Part shown: in pieces, positions 40,097 to 49,506 of the stretch
How the letters are laid out: the number at the start of each line of letters is the position of its first letter
Numbering within the stretch: position 1 is the first letter of the stretch
Assembly: GCA_963811315.1 (NCBI GenBank)
Contig: CAWERH010000042.1
Span: 53,247 to 117,246 of the forward strand
Origin: an uncultured delta proteobacterium
GTDB lineage: Bacteria; Desulfobacterota; Binatia; UBA9968
DNA: 64,000 bases
Direction of reading: 5' to 3'
Translations under genes and position numbers: made by a program
The notes under the pieces: model-generated
Database searches by the model: none
What the model saw: the letters and a program-made list of their open reading frames with translations, nothing else
Told to the model about the DNA's origin: nothing

Positions 40097-43000
40097 ATGG
40101 CGTTAGACACAAAGGTTATCCGCGGCCGGGCTCTCGACGTCGCGCGTCACCCGCGCACCCGCAAGGTCGCGATCTGGGTTGTTTCCGTCTTCGTCGCGAT
40201 AGGAATCTTACTGGGACTCGTCGCCCCGCCGCTGATCCGCGGCAAGGTCGCGGCGGCGCTCTCCGACAAGCTTCATCGCACAGTCACCATTGAGCAGATC
40301 AAGATTAATCCTTACACGATCACTCTGACCGTCCGCGGATTCATGATGCGCGAGCGCCAAAGCGATAGTCCCGCGGTGTCGTTCGAGGAGCTTTTCGTCA
40401 ATCTCGAGCTGCAATCGATATTTCGTCTGGCGCCGGTGATCAAAACGCTGCGGTTGGCGAAACCGTATGTTAGCTTAGTTCGAAATGAAGATCGGACGTA
40501 TAACTATCAAGACCTGATCGACGAATTCACCAAGGGACCACCTGGCCCGCCGGCGCGGTTCTCCTTGAATAACATCGAGGTCGTCGATGGAAAAGTTGAT
40601 TTCGACGACCGGCCGGAAAAAACCAAGCACAGCGTCACCCAGATAAAAATCGGTGTGCCGTTTATTTCGAGCCTGCCTTCCTACGTCGATATCACGGTCA
40701 AGCCCGAATTTTCCGCCGTGGTGAACGGCGCGCCGTTCCATCTCGCCGGCGACACCAAGCCGTTCAAAGAGTCGCGCGATAGCAACCTAGCCATCGACAT
40801 CGACAAGTTGGAAATCGCCAAATATCTCGAATACTCGCCGGTGGGATTGAACTTCACGATGCCGTCGGGACAGCTTAGCGGCAAGCTCACGGCCGGCTTT
40901 CGAACTTCAACGAATAATCCGTCTGTGCTGTCGATCACCGGCAACCTCGGCATCAAGGACCTCGATATGCGCCAAACCGGAGGCGCCCCGCTGCTCAAAC
41001 TGCCAAGCATCGAGGTGCTGATCGAAGCTTTTCAAGTTTTCGCCAACAAAATGGTGCTGAAGTCGATCAAAGCTGACGGATTGGAACTGCATTTGAATCG
41101 CGGCCGCGACGGAAGCCTTAATGTAGCAAATCTGGTCGCGACCAGCGCCGAACCAAAACCGGCCGAGACTAAAGAACCAAAAAAGGACGCCGCCCCATTC
41201 GGCTTTTCAATCGAAGAAATCGCGCTCAACTCGGCGACGCTGCATTTTACCGACGAGCAACCGCAGCACCCTTACAAGACACAGCTGGACAATATTCGTT
41301 TTGAAAGTCACCGGCCTAACCAACGAACCCGGCAAGAAGGCCAGCACCGAACTATCGTTTGAGTCTGAGGCCAAGGAAAAATTCTCTCACAGCGGTACGC
41401 TCCAACTCGCCCCGCTCCTCGCCGAAGGCAAGCTCGAGATTGAAGGATTGAAACCGGGCGCGCTCCGTCCCTATTACGAAACCGCCGTGGCGGCGGAAAT
41501 CAAAGAAGGATTTGTCGATCTATCGACGCAGTTTATTTTTGCGAGCAAAGACGGCCAAACCGATCTCAATCTGTCGGCCTTGGGCGTGAATCTGCGCAGT
41601 TTCCGTTTGGACCTGGCCGGCCAGCCGGAGCCGTTGTGGCGCGTCGGGTCTTTGGCGATCAAGGACAGCACGATGGATCTGGCCAAAAAAACCATCGTCA
41701 TCGGTGAGATCGAAGCCAAGGATGGCAACGGCTATATCCAACGCAGCGCCGACGGCATGAATCTGGCGCGCATTGCCAAGGCCCAAACGCCGGCTCCTGC
41801 GCCAGTCCCACCGGCGAAGACCGACGGCGGCGAATGGCGAATCGACGCCAAACAGATTGCCTTTGACCGGTTCAGGATTAGTTTCGACGATCAGACCAAT
41901 GCCACGCCAGCGAAGGTGAATCTCTCCGATCTTTCAATCCGCGGCGCCAATTTTTCCACCGCGAAGAGCCAGCGCGGCAAAGCGACGATAAGAGCTCGGG
42001 TCAATGAGAAAGGTACGCTTGAGACTGGTTGGCACCGCCACGGCGAATCCGGTCAACGCCAAATTTTCCGTGGAAGCGCAGGGCCTGGAACTTCTTCCTT
42101 TCCAACCCTTTCTCGGAGATCAGGTCAACTTTCTGCTGACCGGCGGACGCGTCGGCACCAAAGGCGAACTGACTTACGATGCCGGCGGTAGCGGCCCGGC
42201 GAAAATGAATTACCAAGGCGGCGTGCAGGTCGATGAATTTGGCGCCGTGGAAAAAGACGGGCAGCAGGATCTTTTGAAATGGAAATCCTTGGCGCTCGAC
42301 GCCATGCAATTCGATCTCGAGCCGTTTCAACTGCGCATCGGCGAGATTACTCTCGCCGACTTTTATTCGCGGCTGATTCTCGGCGCGGACGGCAAAATCA
42401 ATCTGCAAAATCTGACCGTCCAGAAAGACGACAAAAAGGACGAAGCTCCTGCGCCGGCCAAGACCGCGGAAAAACCTGCCGCTCCGGCAACGGCGGAACC
42501 CGCCGCGCCCAAAGCGATCAGCATCGGCAAGATCAATCTTCAGGAAGGCAACATCAATTTCAGCGACTTCTTCGTCAAGCCCAACTACTCGGCCAATCTC
42601 ACCAGCGTTCAAGGCGCGATCTCCGAGCTGAAGCCCGAAACACCGGGCGATCTCGATATCCAAGCTCGCCTCGACAACGCCGCGCCGGTGGAGATCAAGG
42701 GCAAGCTCAACCCACTGTCGAAAGAACTTTTCCTCGACATCATCGCCGACGCCAAGGAAATCGAACTGAGCCCCATGTCGCCCTACTCCGCCAAGTACGT
42801 CGGCTACGGCATCGAGAAAGGCAAGTTGTCCTTTAACGTCAAGTACAAGCTGGAGAACCGCAAGCTCACGCGCCGATAATAAAATCATTCTCAATCAACT
42901 CACCTTCGGCGAGAAAATCGAAAGCCCGACCGCGACCAAACTCCCCGTGCTATTGGCCGTTGCCCTAATGAAAGATCGCAATGGCGTCATCGACGTCGAT

Positions 43001-43714
43001 TTGCCGATCAGCGGATCGCTCGACGACCCGCAGTTCAGCGTCGGCGGCATCGTGTTGCGCATTATTATCAACATCATCACCAAGGCGGTGACGGCGCCAT
43101 TCTCGTTGATCGCCTCGGCATTCGGCGGCGGGGGCAGCGGTGACGAGTTGGCCTACATCGAATTTGACAACGGCCGCGCCAATCTGAGCCAACCGGCTCA
43201 AGGAAAAATCGCGACGCTGGCGAAGGCATTGAACAACCGCCCCGCGCTCAACCTGGAGATCACCGGCCGGGTCGATCCTCTGACTGACCTTGATGGCCTT
43301 AAACGAGTTCAGATCGAACGCAAGGTCAAAGCACAAAAATTGAAGGATCTGGTGCGCAAAGGCGAAGCACCGCGTTCCGTGGACGACGTGCAAGTGGCGA
43401 GCACCGAATATCCGCAATATTTGAAAGCCGCTTACGGCGAGGAAAGTTTTCCCAAGCCGCGCAACGTCATCGGCTTGGCGCAAGACCTGCCCGTCCCCGA
43501 AATGGAAAAGCTCATGATGCAGAACGCCAAAGTCGGCGACGATGAGATGCGCCAACTCGCCAATCAACGCGCGCAAGCGGTGCGCGACGCGCTCCTGGCC
43601 ACCGGCCAAGCGGGCGCCGAACGCCTCTTCGTCGTCGCCGGTAAACCATTCAGCGCCGAGGAAAGGGCCAAGCTCAGCGGCAGACCTAACCGCGTCGATT
43701 TCGCCATGAAGTAA
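40097..43714 (+). pseudogene. large DUF748-type (AsmA/TamB-like) envelope protein of about 1200 aa, 3 frame switches
   Basis: N-terminal TM anchor, repetitive beta-rich body and the C-terminal block NKIILNQLTFGEKIESPTATKLPVLLAVALMKDRNGVIDVDLPISGSLDDPQFS. Switches lie near 41305 (A3 run), 42025 and 42870. Confidence 0.7.
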
Positions 43715-43809
43715 CCACGATCGCACGAACGGCTACGGCGCGGCTTTCGTGTAAGTTGTGAACCCGTTCCTTCTGTTATAGACTTCTCCTCGACTCAGGA
43801 GGGTACTGC

Positions 43810-44055
43810 ATGTCCCAGGCACGAAAAACCGCCAAACCCAAAGTAACCATCATCGCCAGCAAAGGCGCCAACCAAGCGATCAATTATTTGCTCGAAGACC
43901 GAGACGAGCTGGAGTGGTTGGTCGCCATTGGCCGCAACCACAAAGGCGATATCTTTTTCTACGACACCGGCGGCGACATCATCCAGGATCTAGGAGCCAT
44001 CGAATACATCAAAGAACGAATCGTGAGGGATTATTTCGGCGAATCCGATGAATAG
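43810..44055 (+). CDS. hypothetical protein (81 aa)
   Basis: aggagg SD 7 nt upstream of the ATG, followed by GC hairpin 44057-44075. I recognise no motif. Confidence 0.5.
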   Translation: MSQARKTAKPKVTIIASKGANQAINYLLEDRDELEWLVAIGRNHKGDIFFYDTGGDIIQDLGAIEYIKERIVRDYFGESDE

Positions 44056-44076
44056 CGCCGCGCCTTCGGCGCGGCC

Positions 44077-44193
44077 GTTCAAGGGTTCAAGAGTTCAAAA
44101 GTTCAATAAATACCTGATACCGAATCCCTGGCGACCTACACTGAGATTTGATGTGCCTTTCGCTTGAACCTTTGAACGCTTGAACCTTGAACC
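44077..44193. repeat. long-range inverted repeat built from GTTCAAnn words
   Basis: gttcaagggttcaagagttcaaaagttcaa ..57 nt.. ttgaacctttgaacgcttgaaccttgaacc, between convergent genes. Confidence 0.7.
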
Positions 44194-44199
44194 AATCTT

Positions 44200-45630
44200 T
44201 TAACTCCCCGGAATCTTCGGCTTAAAGCGCAACGGCGGGGAACCCGCCGGCAAAAAATCTTCCAAATTGACCGTCTCCCAACCTACGGGACGCAGGCGTT
44301 CGAATTCACTGCGCCGTTTTGGGTCGCATTCCGGCGGCTTGGTGGCGTCGATGATAACTTTGCCGCCGATGCGGTGCCAGCCGGGCGCGCCGGGATGGCC
44401 GAATTCCGGACAGGATGGGTCCATGGCATGGATCTTCGCGCCGTTGATGACGACGATGTCTTCCGCGGGATTGACTCGCGTATTGATCGCCCAGAGCACT
44501 TCGGCGTAATTGAAAATGTCGACGTCGTCGTCTACCGCAATGGCGACTTTGGGATGTTGATATTCGCTCGATAGCACCGACATCAGCACGTTCCTCGCTT
44601 CGCCGTAATAGCGCGGCCGCATCTGCACGACGACCCCGAAGATGCCGGGCATCACCAGCACGTTTTTCACGTCGGCAAATCCGCCGACGGTCCGGGCGCG
44701 GCGCAGGATCTGCGCCGACATGGGTACCTTGTGATAGACGCAACCCTCGACTTCCGTGCCGTTCTGCACGTTCTTGAAGATCGCGTCATTGCGCATGGTG
44801 ATCGCTTTGATGTTGACGATCGGATTCATGCCCGAACCGGTAAGATAGTAATCTTGAAATTCGCTAAACGGCCCTTCCGGCTCGCGCACTTTGGGCGGGA
44901 TTTCACCTTCGAGAATAATCTCGGCCCAAGCCGGCACTTCCAAATCGACGGTGCGGCATTTAACCAGTTCGACCTCTTCCTGCAACAACGCCGAGGCAAT
45001 CTCCAACTCGTCGACGCCATATTGCGTGGTCGTCGCCGCAGCGAAATAATACATCGGATGATGCCCGATCATGATCGCCACCGGCATCGGCTGATCCCGC
45101 GCTTCGTACATCTGATAGTTGGCCCAGGCGTGACGCGGATAGAGCAGGATGCCGGTTTTCTTCGGTCCTTTCATCTGCAACCGGTGAAAGCTCAAGTTGC
45201 GCTGGCCGGTTTCGGGATTTTTAGTAATCATCAGCCCCGATCCGATAAACGGCCCGCCGTCGCGAATGCCCGCCTGATGGATCGGCATCTTAGTGATATC
45301 GACGTCGTCGCCGAGAACTACTTTCTGTTGTACCGGTCCGGATTCAACGAGGCGTGTCCTGCCAAGCTTTTCCGTGCGCCGAACAAATTCCGGAATCATT
45401 TCGTCGCGCGTCGTTCCGAACGCAACCGGCGCGAGCGAGACATCGCCCGGCGCCTGTCCCAAACAGCGCCAACCCGGATATCCCGGCAAATTTTCGAATA
45501 ACAGACCGCGATCGCGCGCTTGCCAAAGTAACGCGCCCATTTGCGTGCGCGGATCGACCGGTTTATCAATGCGCGCGAGCAGGCCGGCGTTTTCCAATTG
45601 ATCAATCCACGTGCGCATGTCTTGGGGCAT
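44200..45630 (-). CDS. UbiD-family (prFMN-dependent) decarboxylase
   Basis: 476-aa intact ORF with N-terminus DMRTWIDQLENAGLLARIDKPVDP typical of UbiD. No ubiX is present in the window. Confidence 0.9.
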   Translation of the reverse strand: MPQDMRTWIDQLENAGLLARIDKPVDPRTQMGALLWQARDRGLLFENLPGYPGWRCLGQAPGDVSLAPVAFGTTRDEMIPEFVRRTEKLGRTRLVESGPVQQKVVLGDDVDITKMPIHQAGIRDGGPFIGSGLMITKNPETGQRNLSFHRLQMKGPKKTGILLYPRHAWANYQMYEARDQPMPVAIMIGHHPMYYFAAATTTQYGVDELEIASALLQEEVELVKCRTVDLEVPAWAEIILEGEIPPKVREPEGPFSEFQDYYLTGSGMNPIVNIKAITMRNDAIFKNVQNGTEVEGCVYHKVPMSAQILRRARTVGGFADVKNVLVMPGIFGVVVQMRPRYYGEARNVLMSVLSSEYQHPKVAIAVDDDVDIFNYAEVLWAINTRVNPAEDIVVINGAKIHAMDPSCPEFGHPGAPGWHRIGGKVIIDATKPPECDPKRRSEFERLRPVGWETVNLEDFLPAGSPPLRFKPKIPGS

Positions 45631-45699
45631 AGATCCTCCTACTTAGTCGCGATTTCGCGTTCATCCATACCACGGAGCGGCAGCGCGGACCAATGAGGA

Positions 45700-45769
45700 A
45701 TTGGAGTGTTGGAGTACTGGAGTATTGGAAGTCCGAAAAACCCATTACTCCATCACTCCAATACTCCAT
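45700..45769. repeat. long imperfect hairpin built from TGGAGTnn words (GGAGT family, copy 2)
   Basis: attggagtgttggagtactggagtattgg - aagtccgaaaaaccc - attactccatcactccaatactccat, in the divergent UbiD/MFS intergenic region. Confidence 0.75.
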
Positions 45770-45825
45770 TGCCCCATCTCTTCCCGTGCTTGACTGCGAA
45801 CTGTACTTCTCTTACGGTCGGCCGC

Positions 45826-47046
45826 ATGAAATCACTCACCACTCTGTTCGGCATGGAAAAGCTCGCCCCGGAAAAGGCGCGCGCCTTGAGCATCGTATAC
45901 GCGTCAAGCATCGCGCTGATGATGGGAGTCAATTTCATTCAGCCGGCGCTGCCCGCGCTCAGCCAACCTTTTCACGTCAGCGACGCCCAGCTGTCCTGGA
46001 TTATGACGGTGTTCACCGCGCCGGCCATCGTGCTGTCGCCGATATTCGGCGTAGTCGCCGATCTCTATGGCCGGCGCTTGTTGTTGTCGCTGGGGCTTAT
46101 TGCGTTCGGTGTCTTCGGCACCGCAATGGCCTTCGCGCCAACCTTTGGTTGGCTGCTGGCATTTCGCACGCTTCAAGGCATCGCCTTCAGCGCGGTTATC
46201 CCGTTGACGATCGTGCTGATCGGCGATCTGTTGGAGGGCGACAACGAGATCAGCGGCCAGGGACTGAAAGTTTTTCTCGATCGTATCGGCTATTTTGTTT
46301 TCCCGCCGCTCGGCGGATTGCTCGCGACCATTGCGTGGTTCTGGCCGTTCGTGTTTTACGTGCTGACGATTCCAGTTGGGTTAGCGGCTTTTCTCTGGAT
46401 GCCGGAGACCAAAGGCAAAAGCAAAGACCGACCGCTCGCCTATCTGGGCGACATATTGCGGCTGACGCGCCATCCGCGTCTGCTCATTGCTTTCTCGGCG
46501 GGCTTTCTCCGTTTTTTTCTCGACTACGGTTTTCTCACCTACTTCCCGCTCTTTCTGGTGCGCACTCATGGTGTCTCTACTGCGACGGCCGGCTTCCTCT
46601 ACATCTTTTTTGCCGTCGGCGCCATGATCACATCGAGCCAAGCCGGACGCATCGCCGCCGGCCGGGACAAAGCCAATATTCTATTTCTCGCCTTCGTCGT
46701 CAGTGGCGCATCCGTACTGGCAGTGCCATTTATTCCCGGTGTATCGCTGGTCGGCTGTGCATTGTTTTTCTACGGCCTCGCCAACGGCGTCATATCGCCC
46801 ATGCAAAAAAGTCTCTTGACGCAAAACGCCCCAACCGAATTGCGCGGCGGCATCGTCTCTTTCGACCGCTTGATTCAGCAACTGTCAAAAACCACGTCGA
46901 CTTCGATAGTCGGTTTGCTGCTGGTCAGCGCGGAACTGCCGACGATTTTTTGGCTGCTCGGAATCTTGTCGTTCATCAGCGTCGCCTTGATGGCTTGCCT
47001 GTTGCCGCGCTCCCGCAGCGTGGTTTCTAGCCCCAGCGTTTCTTGA
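45826..47046 (+). CDS. MFS transporter
   Basis: Met at 45826 (MKSLTTLFGMEKL..). The upstream part of ORF 45706 is translation of the GGAGT repeat. DLYGRR motif and 12 TM-like segments. Confidence 0.8.
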   Translation: MKSLTTLFGMEKLAPEKARALSIVYASSIALMMGVNFIQPALPALSQPFHVSDAQLSWIMTVFTAPAIVLSPIFGVVADLYGRRLLLSLGLIAFGVFGTAMAFAPTFGWLLAFRTLQGIAFSAVIPLTIVLIGDLLEGDNEISGQGLKVFLDRIGYFVFPPLGGLLATIAWFWPFVFYVLTIPVGLAAFLWMPETKGKSKDRPLAYLGDILRLTRHPRLLIAFSAGFLRFFLDYGFLTYFPLFLVRTHGVSTATAGFLYIFFAVGAMITSSQAGRIAAGRDKANILFLAFVVSGASVLAVPFIPGVSLVGCALFFYGLANGVISPMQKSLLTQNAPTELRGGIVSFDRLIQQLSKTTSTSIVGLLLVSAELPTIFWLLGILSFISVALMACLLPRSRSVVSSPSVS

Positions 47047-47300
47047 GGGCCAGCAAGCCGGCGCCGCAAAAAAACGCGCTCAAACCGGCGAGAACGAGAG
47101 CCGGTTTCCATAAAACCGCAATGCCCGCGCCGCGCAGAATGATCCCGCGGAGAATCTCCAGGCTGTGGGTGACCGGGATGTTTGCCTAAAATGAATCCCG
47201 TCAGATGAAGATCGATGATGCTGTAACCATTGACAGCCGAGATCGGCGTGCAGAGCAATCCGTGCACCGCCCGCGCGGCAGTGAATCGGCGATTGCCGTC
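47027..47300 (-). pseudogene. C-terminal remnant of an ABC-2-type transporter permease
   Basis: NIPVTHSLEILRGIILRGAGIAVLWKPALVLAGLSAFFCGAGLLALKKRWG preceded out of frame by ..IIDLHLTGFILGK. It starts directly after the HlyD stop. No ATPase gene and no N-terminal permease part are present. Confidence 0.5.
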
Positions 47301-47301
47301 C

Positions 47302-48456
47302 TCATGAAACCGGCGGCGGCTTCTTCGGAATACTGACGTCAGCGTTCATGCCGGGCCGCAACTCGTGCTCAGGATCCTCGACGACGACCTCGGTCTGAAA
47401 TATTTGAAGCAGGCGTTCCTCGCGCGATTGGACGCTCTGAGGAGGCGTAAGCTCTCCCTGGCGATGGATGCGGCGAACAACGCCGTTAAAATCTTTGCTG
47501 GGAATGGAATCGACCCGCACCGTCACTCTGAGTCCCGGCCGCACATAGCGCAATTGCGCTTCGGGCAGATAGGCGCGCACCCAAAGACTGTCAGCGCGCA
47601 GCAGTGTCGCCGCGGGTTTCCCCGCGGCCAAGAGATCCCCCGGTTCCAGCTCCAACGATTCCACGAGAGCCTCGACGGGTGCCCTAATGACGGTTTCATC
47701 GAGTTGCGTGCGGATCAGGTCCACCCGCGCGCGCGCAGCATCGGCCGCGGACTTCGCCTGCGCGATCTCTTCCTTGCGAAAACCGCCGCGCAACTGGCGC
47801 CGTTTTGCATCCGCCGCAGCGAACCGCTGCCGCGCGCGCTCGATCTCTTCCTTGCGTGAACCTGCAAGCAACAAATCATAACGATCGCGCGCCGCGTGCA
47901 TTTTCTGTTCCGCTTCGTCGGCCTTGGCGCTGGATTCCTCTTGCTCCCGCCGAGCGATCAAGTCACGGGCCGCCAGATCTTCCATCTGCTTCGCAACTTT
48001 CCGGGCGTTATCCGCTTGCGCTTTGGCCGCCTTCCAGTTGGCCGCCGCTTGATCAACCTCTTGCTGGCGCGGCCCGGAAAGCAGTTGTTCAAGGTCGGCT
48101 TGCGCGTGTTGTGCCGCGGCTTCAGCCTGCTCGATGTCCTCTTTGCTGAATCCTGCGCTCATCAGCGCGTACTTGGCTTCGGCTTGGCGCAAACTCGCCT
48201 GGGCTTCAGTCAAAGAAACATCGAGCTCGCGCGGCTCCAGCAACACTAGAGTTTCACCGGCTTTCACCATTTGTCCTTCTTTAGCGACGACTTTGAGCAC
48301 GCGGCCGCCGACTTTCGAGCCGACGTGAACGTCATCGGCTGCGATAGTGCCGGAGATAACGAAACTGAGGTCGTTCGCGGAAACACTCCACAGCGCATAG
48401 CCGCCCACCGCGACCACCGCCATCAGGACTACCCTAACAATCGTCTTACGTTTCAT
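47302..48456 (-). CDS. HlyD-family periplasmic adaptor (YbhG-like)
   Basis: 384 aa with an N-terminal TM, a long coiled-coil (AEAKYAL..AQADLEQL..) and a beta-barrel C-terminus. Confidence 0.8.
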   Translation of the reverse strand: MKRKTIVRVVLMAVVAVGGYALWSVSANDLSFVISGTIAADDVHVGSKVGGRVLKVVAKEGQMVKAGETLVLLEPRELDVSLTEAQASLRQAEAKYALMSAGFSKEDIEQAEAAAQHAQADLEQLLSGPRQQEVDQAAANWKAAKAQADNARKVAKQMEDLAARDLIARREQEESSAKADEAEQKMHAARDRYDLLLAGSRKEEIERARQRFAAADAKRRQLRGGFRKEEIAQAKSAADAARARVDLIRTQLDETVIRAPVEALVESLELEPGDLLAAGKPAATLLRADSLWVRAYLPEAQLRYVRPGLRVTVRVDSIPSKDFNGVVRRIHRQGELTPPQSVQSREERLLQIFQTEVVVEDPEHELRPGMNADVSIPKKPPPVS

Positions 48457-48490
48457 AACGTGATGAGCTCGGATGCACTTGCCCTCGCAG

Positions 48491-49363
48491 CTAGAAAGCT
48501 TTGAACTCCTTCTCCTCTCGGCTTTCGGTTTCCAGTTGAATCGTCGTATGCTCGATGTTGAATCGTTCTTTCAAAGTATCCTCGATGCCGTTCAATACTT
48601 CGTGAAAATCGCCGCCGTTCTCAACCACGGCGTGAGCGCTCAGCGTGAAGAGATCGGAAGTCACGGCCCAGACGTGCAGGTCATGCACCTTGCTGACGCC
48701 GCCGACCGACTCGATGGTCCGGCGCACATCATCGAGCCGGATCCCCTTCGGCACCGCCTGCATCAACACGCTGAGCGACTCTGTCACCAGGCTCCAGGAC
48801 GAGAACAGGATCAAGAGACCGATGAGTATACTGATCAGCGGATCGGCCACGTACCAACCCGTAAACAGCATGATAAGGCCGGCAACGATCGCGCCCACCG
48901 ACCCTACGGCATCACTGACCACATGCAAGAACGCGCCGCGCAGGTTCAGATTGTGATGATGTCCGCGATGCAGGATCAGCGCCGCCGCAATGTTAACACC
49001 CAGGCCCAACACGGCCACGATGACCATGCCGTAGCTTTCGACTATCGGCGGTTGCGCGACGCGGTTGTACGCCGCGGCAAAAATGATTCCTACGATCAAC
49101 CATAAGGTCAACCCATTGAACAGCGCCGCGAGAATTTCGATACGGTGAAATCCGTAGGTGCTCTGGTGCGTCGCCGGACGCTGAGACATACGAAAGGCAA
49201 ATAAGCTCAACCCCAACGCGCCGATATCGGACAGCATATGCCCGGCATCCGACAACAGCGCTAGACTATTGGTAAGAAAACCGGCGATCAATTCAGCAAA
49301 AAAATAAATAGTGCTGATCGCCAAAGCCCATTTTAGCCGTTGCGTTTCGTTGTGCCGTGCCAT
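48491..49363 (-). CDS. cation diffusion facilitator family transporter (CzcD/ZitB-like)
   Basis: 290-aa intact ORF with LLSDAGHMLSD and HVVSDAVGS motifs and a C-terminal cytoplasmic domain. Confidence 0.9.
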   Translation of the reverse strand: MARHNETQRLKWALAISTIYFFAELIAGFLTNSLALLSDAGHMLSDIGALGLSLFAFRMSQRPATHQSTYGFHRIEILAALFNGLTLWLIVGIIFAAAYNRVAQPPIVESYGMVIVAVLGLGVNIAAALILHRGHHHNLNLRGAFLHVVSDAVGSVGAIVAGLIMLFTGWYVADPLISILIGLLILFSSWSLVTESLSVLMQAVPKGIRLDDVRRTIESVGGVSKVHDLHVWAVTSDLFTLSAHAVVENGGDFHEVLNGIEDTLKERFNIEHTTIQLETESREEKEFKAF

Positions 49364-49506
49364 GCCGTCACTTGTTGATAAGTTACCTTGCCACTAAGTA
49401 TGGCTCAAGACCGAGCCACAAGAAAGAATCAGGAACGAAACAAGACCATGCAGCGAAATTTCGTCTCTTCTACCTCGATCGTGACCATTCCGGATTCATG
49501 CTTTCG

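Noticed and set aside
42001-43726. Two long minus-strand ORFs (42001-42894 and 42965-43726)
   Set aside because: They are antisense shadows of the DUF748 gene, with no recognisable motifs.
44107-44163. TPP-riboswitch-like words (acctgat, ctgaga, gaacct) in the spacer of the GTTCAA inverted repeat
   Set aside because: The words are in the wrong order and lack the conserved helices. No thiamine-related gene lies downstream.
45693-45825. N-terminal extensions MRNWSVGVLEYWKSE.. and MLEYWSIGSPKNPLLHHSNTP.. of the MFS ORFs
   Set aside because: They are translations of the GGAGT word-hairpin. The real start is the Met at 45826.
49364-49506. Possible metal (czcD/NiCo-type) riboswitch upstream of the CDF transporter
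   Set aside because: I could not find the conserved four-way-junction sequence blocks. Only weak promoter-like hexamers are present.
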